This document shows, piece by piece, positions 62,564-64,000 of a stretch of DNA of 64,000 nucleotides. The translations under genes and the position numbers were made by a program. Numbering within the stretch: position 1 is the stretch's first letter; each line of letters opens with the position of its first letter. The DNA is taken from the NCBI GenBank assembly GCA_030390025.1, contig JASTWF010000070.1, forward strand, positions 1,178,001-1,242,000, written 5' to 3'. The notes under the pieces were generated by a model. The model had not been told where the DNA came from, did not search any database, and worked only from the letters and a program-made list of their open reading frames with translations. The DNA comes from Squalus acanthias. Taxonomy: Eukaryota.

Positions 62564-64000
62564 CTGTGTGTGGGGTGAGAGAAAATTCATTAGTTTATGG
62601 AATCCGTCAGCAGTGGGACGCTCTGATCTGAAATCAAAAACGCCAATGAACCCACCGAACAACATTCACTTTAAAATAAATTACTGATTAATACAGGAGT
62701 TCCAATAAATTCTGAAATCTCTAATTCCTCTGCTCCTCTGCCAATTCTTGTCCCTACATTACAACAGTGACTTGGTTCAAAAGTATTACATTGGCTGTAA
62801 AGCGCTTTGGGACGTCGTGAAGTCGTGAAAGGAGCNNNNNNNNNNNNNNNNNNNNNNNNNNNNNNNNNNNNNNNNNNNNNNNNNNNNNNNNNNNNNNNNN
62901 NNNNNNNNNNNNNNNNNNNNNNNNNNNNNNNNNNNNNNNNNNNNNNNNNNNNNNNNNNNNNNNNNNNNNNNNNNCAACAGAAAATGCTGGCAATACAGAC
63001 CGGGTCAGTCAGCATGTGAGAGGCGGAAAAATCAGTAAGTGACCAGTTCAGGTGCAGGTTGCAACCCCGGAACCGCACTAACCTGTCTGTTCCCGTTACA
63101 GACTCTGACCGAACGGCCGTGTATTCCCAGCATTGTCTGTTTTTATTTGATTTTCTATAATTGCAGTTTATTTCCCTTTTTACTTGAATATAATAAAGCG
63201 TTTGATTGTCTTAAAATGCGGTCAGTGTTAATTTTAATGTGGTGAATTCACGGAGCTGTGACCCGCTTTTCAGCGAGAGTCCACATATGTTCTGAAATCT
63301 CAAACTGATGCAGCCGCCACAGGCACGATGCGCTAAGTGACCTGCTTCTGTGCTGCATCATTCTATAGGATTGAATCTGCTTCCACCGCCCTTTCAGGCG
63401 GCGCGTTCCAGATCACAACAACTCGCTGCGTGAAAAAATCACCTCCCGTAGCCTCTGATTCTTTTGCCAATTATCTGAAATCTGTGTCCTCTGGTTACCG
63501 ACCCTCCAGCCACTGGAAACAGTTTCTAAATATTTACTCTATCAACACAATTCAGGATTTTGAACACCTCTATTAAATTTCCCCTTAACCTTCTCTGCTT
63601 TAAGGAGAACAATCCCAGCTTTTCTAGACTCGCCACATAACTGAAGTCCCTAATCCCTGGTACCATTCCAGTAAATCTCCTCTGCACCGTCTTCAAGGAC
63701 TTGACACCCTCCTAAAGTGTTTTATCAAAACCTATTTATATTTTACATTAATTCATAACTTCAAAGTATTTATCCAACTCCCTTTTGAAAGTTACTATTG
63801 AATCTGCTCCCATCGCCCTTTCAGGCAGCGCATTCCAGATCACATCAACTCGCTGCGTAAAAAGAACACTTCTCCTCATCTCCCCTATTGAATGGGAGCA
63901 GGAAATGGTGTCAAACTTCATTTCAGCGCAGTATTATTTCCCGAGGCGCTTCAACAATTCCAATTCTAATCAGTTTCAAAAAATTTGGGTACAAATAGAT

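Larger units (their letters stand above)
57500..64000. repeat. Segmental duplicate of 3230-8585 (IgL cluster 2)
   Basis: Colinear non-coding similarity: 57500-58396 to 3230-4112, 61099-63335 to 4113-6275, and 63760-64000 to 8345-8585. Confidence 0.9.

Overview
Vertebrate genomic DNA, almost certainly from a cartilaginous fish (shark/ray), judged from the cluster-type Ig light-chain genes and the dense CR1/L2 LINE and Deu-type SINE content. It has four N-gaps. Both ends carry minus-strand immunoglobulin light-chain clusters of the sigma-cart (type I/NS5) class. Cluster 1 is complete, with an octamer promoter, leader, germline-joined VJ exon and C exon. Cluster 2 shows its C exon, and its VJ is predicted just past the window end. 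The two clusters are paralogous, about 57 kb apart. Between them is a cluster of non-rearranging, antigen-receptor-like IgSF genes built as Leader / single-exon V+J / ~90-100 bp intron / C1 / TM / short cytoplasmic exons ending in an ITIM-like exon. There is one type A gene (+, 21.3-28.3 kb), two related type B genes (-, 32.8-38.8 kb and 40.9-50.4 kb) and a chimeric relic (17.9-20.4 kb). I reconstructed exon models by hand from splice sites and phases. Every copy carries disabling lesions: a J-region frameshift, a CR1 insertion in the V exon with a dead donor, or a J-region stop. None keeps the ITIM tyrosine. Framework and TM features suggest a TCR-like A/B heterodimer with activating and inhibitory variants (inference). 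Other features are a full-length PIF/Harbinger transposon with an intact transposase inside an intron, a young CR1 subfamily with two recent insertions, and candidate IgL intronic and 3' enhancers. Repeat boundaries are approximate.
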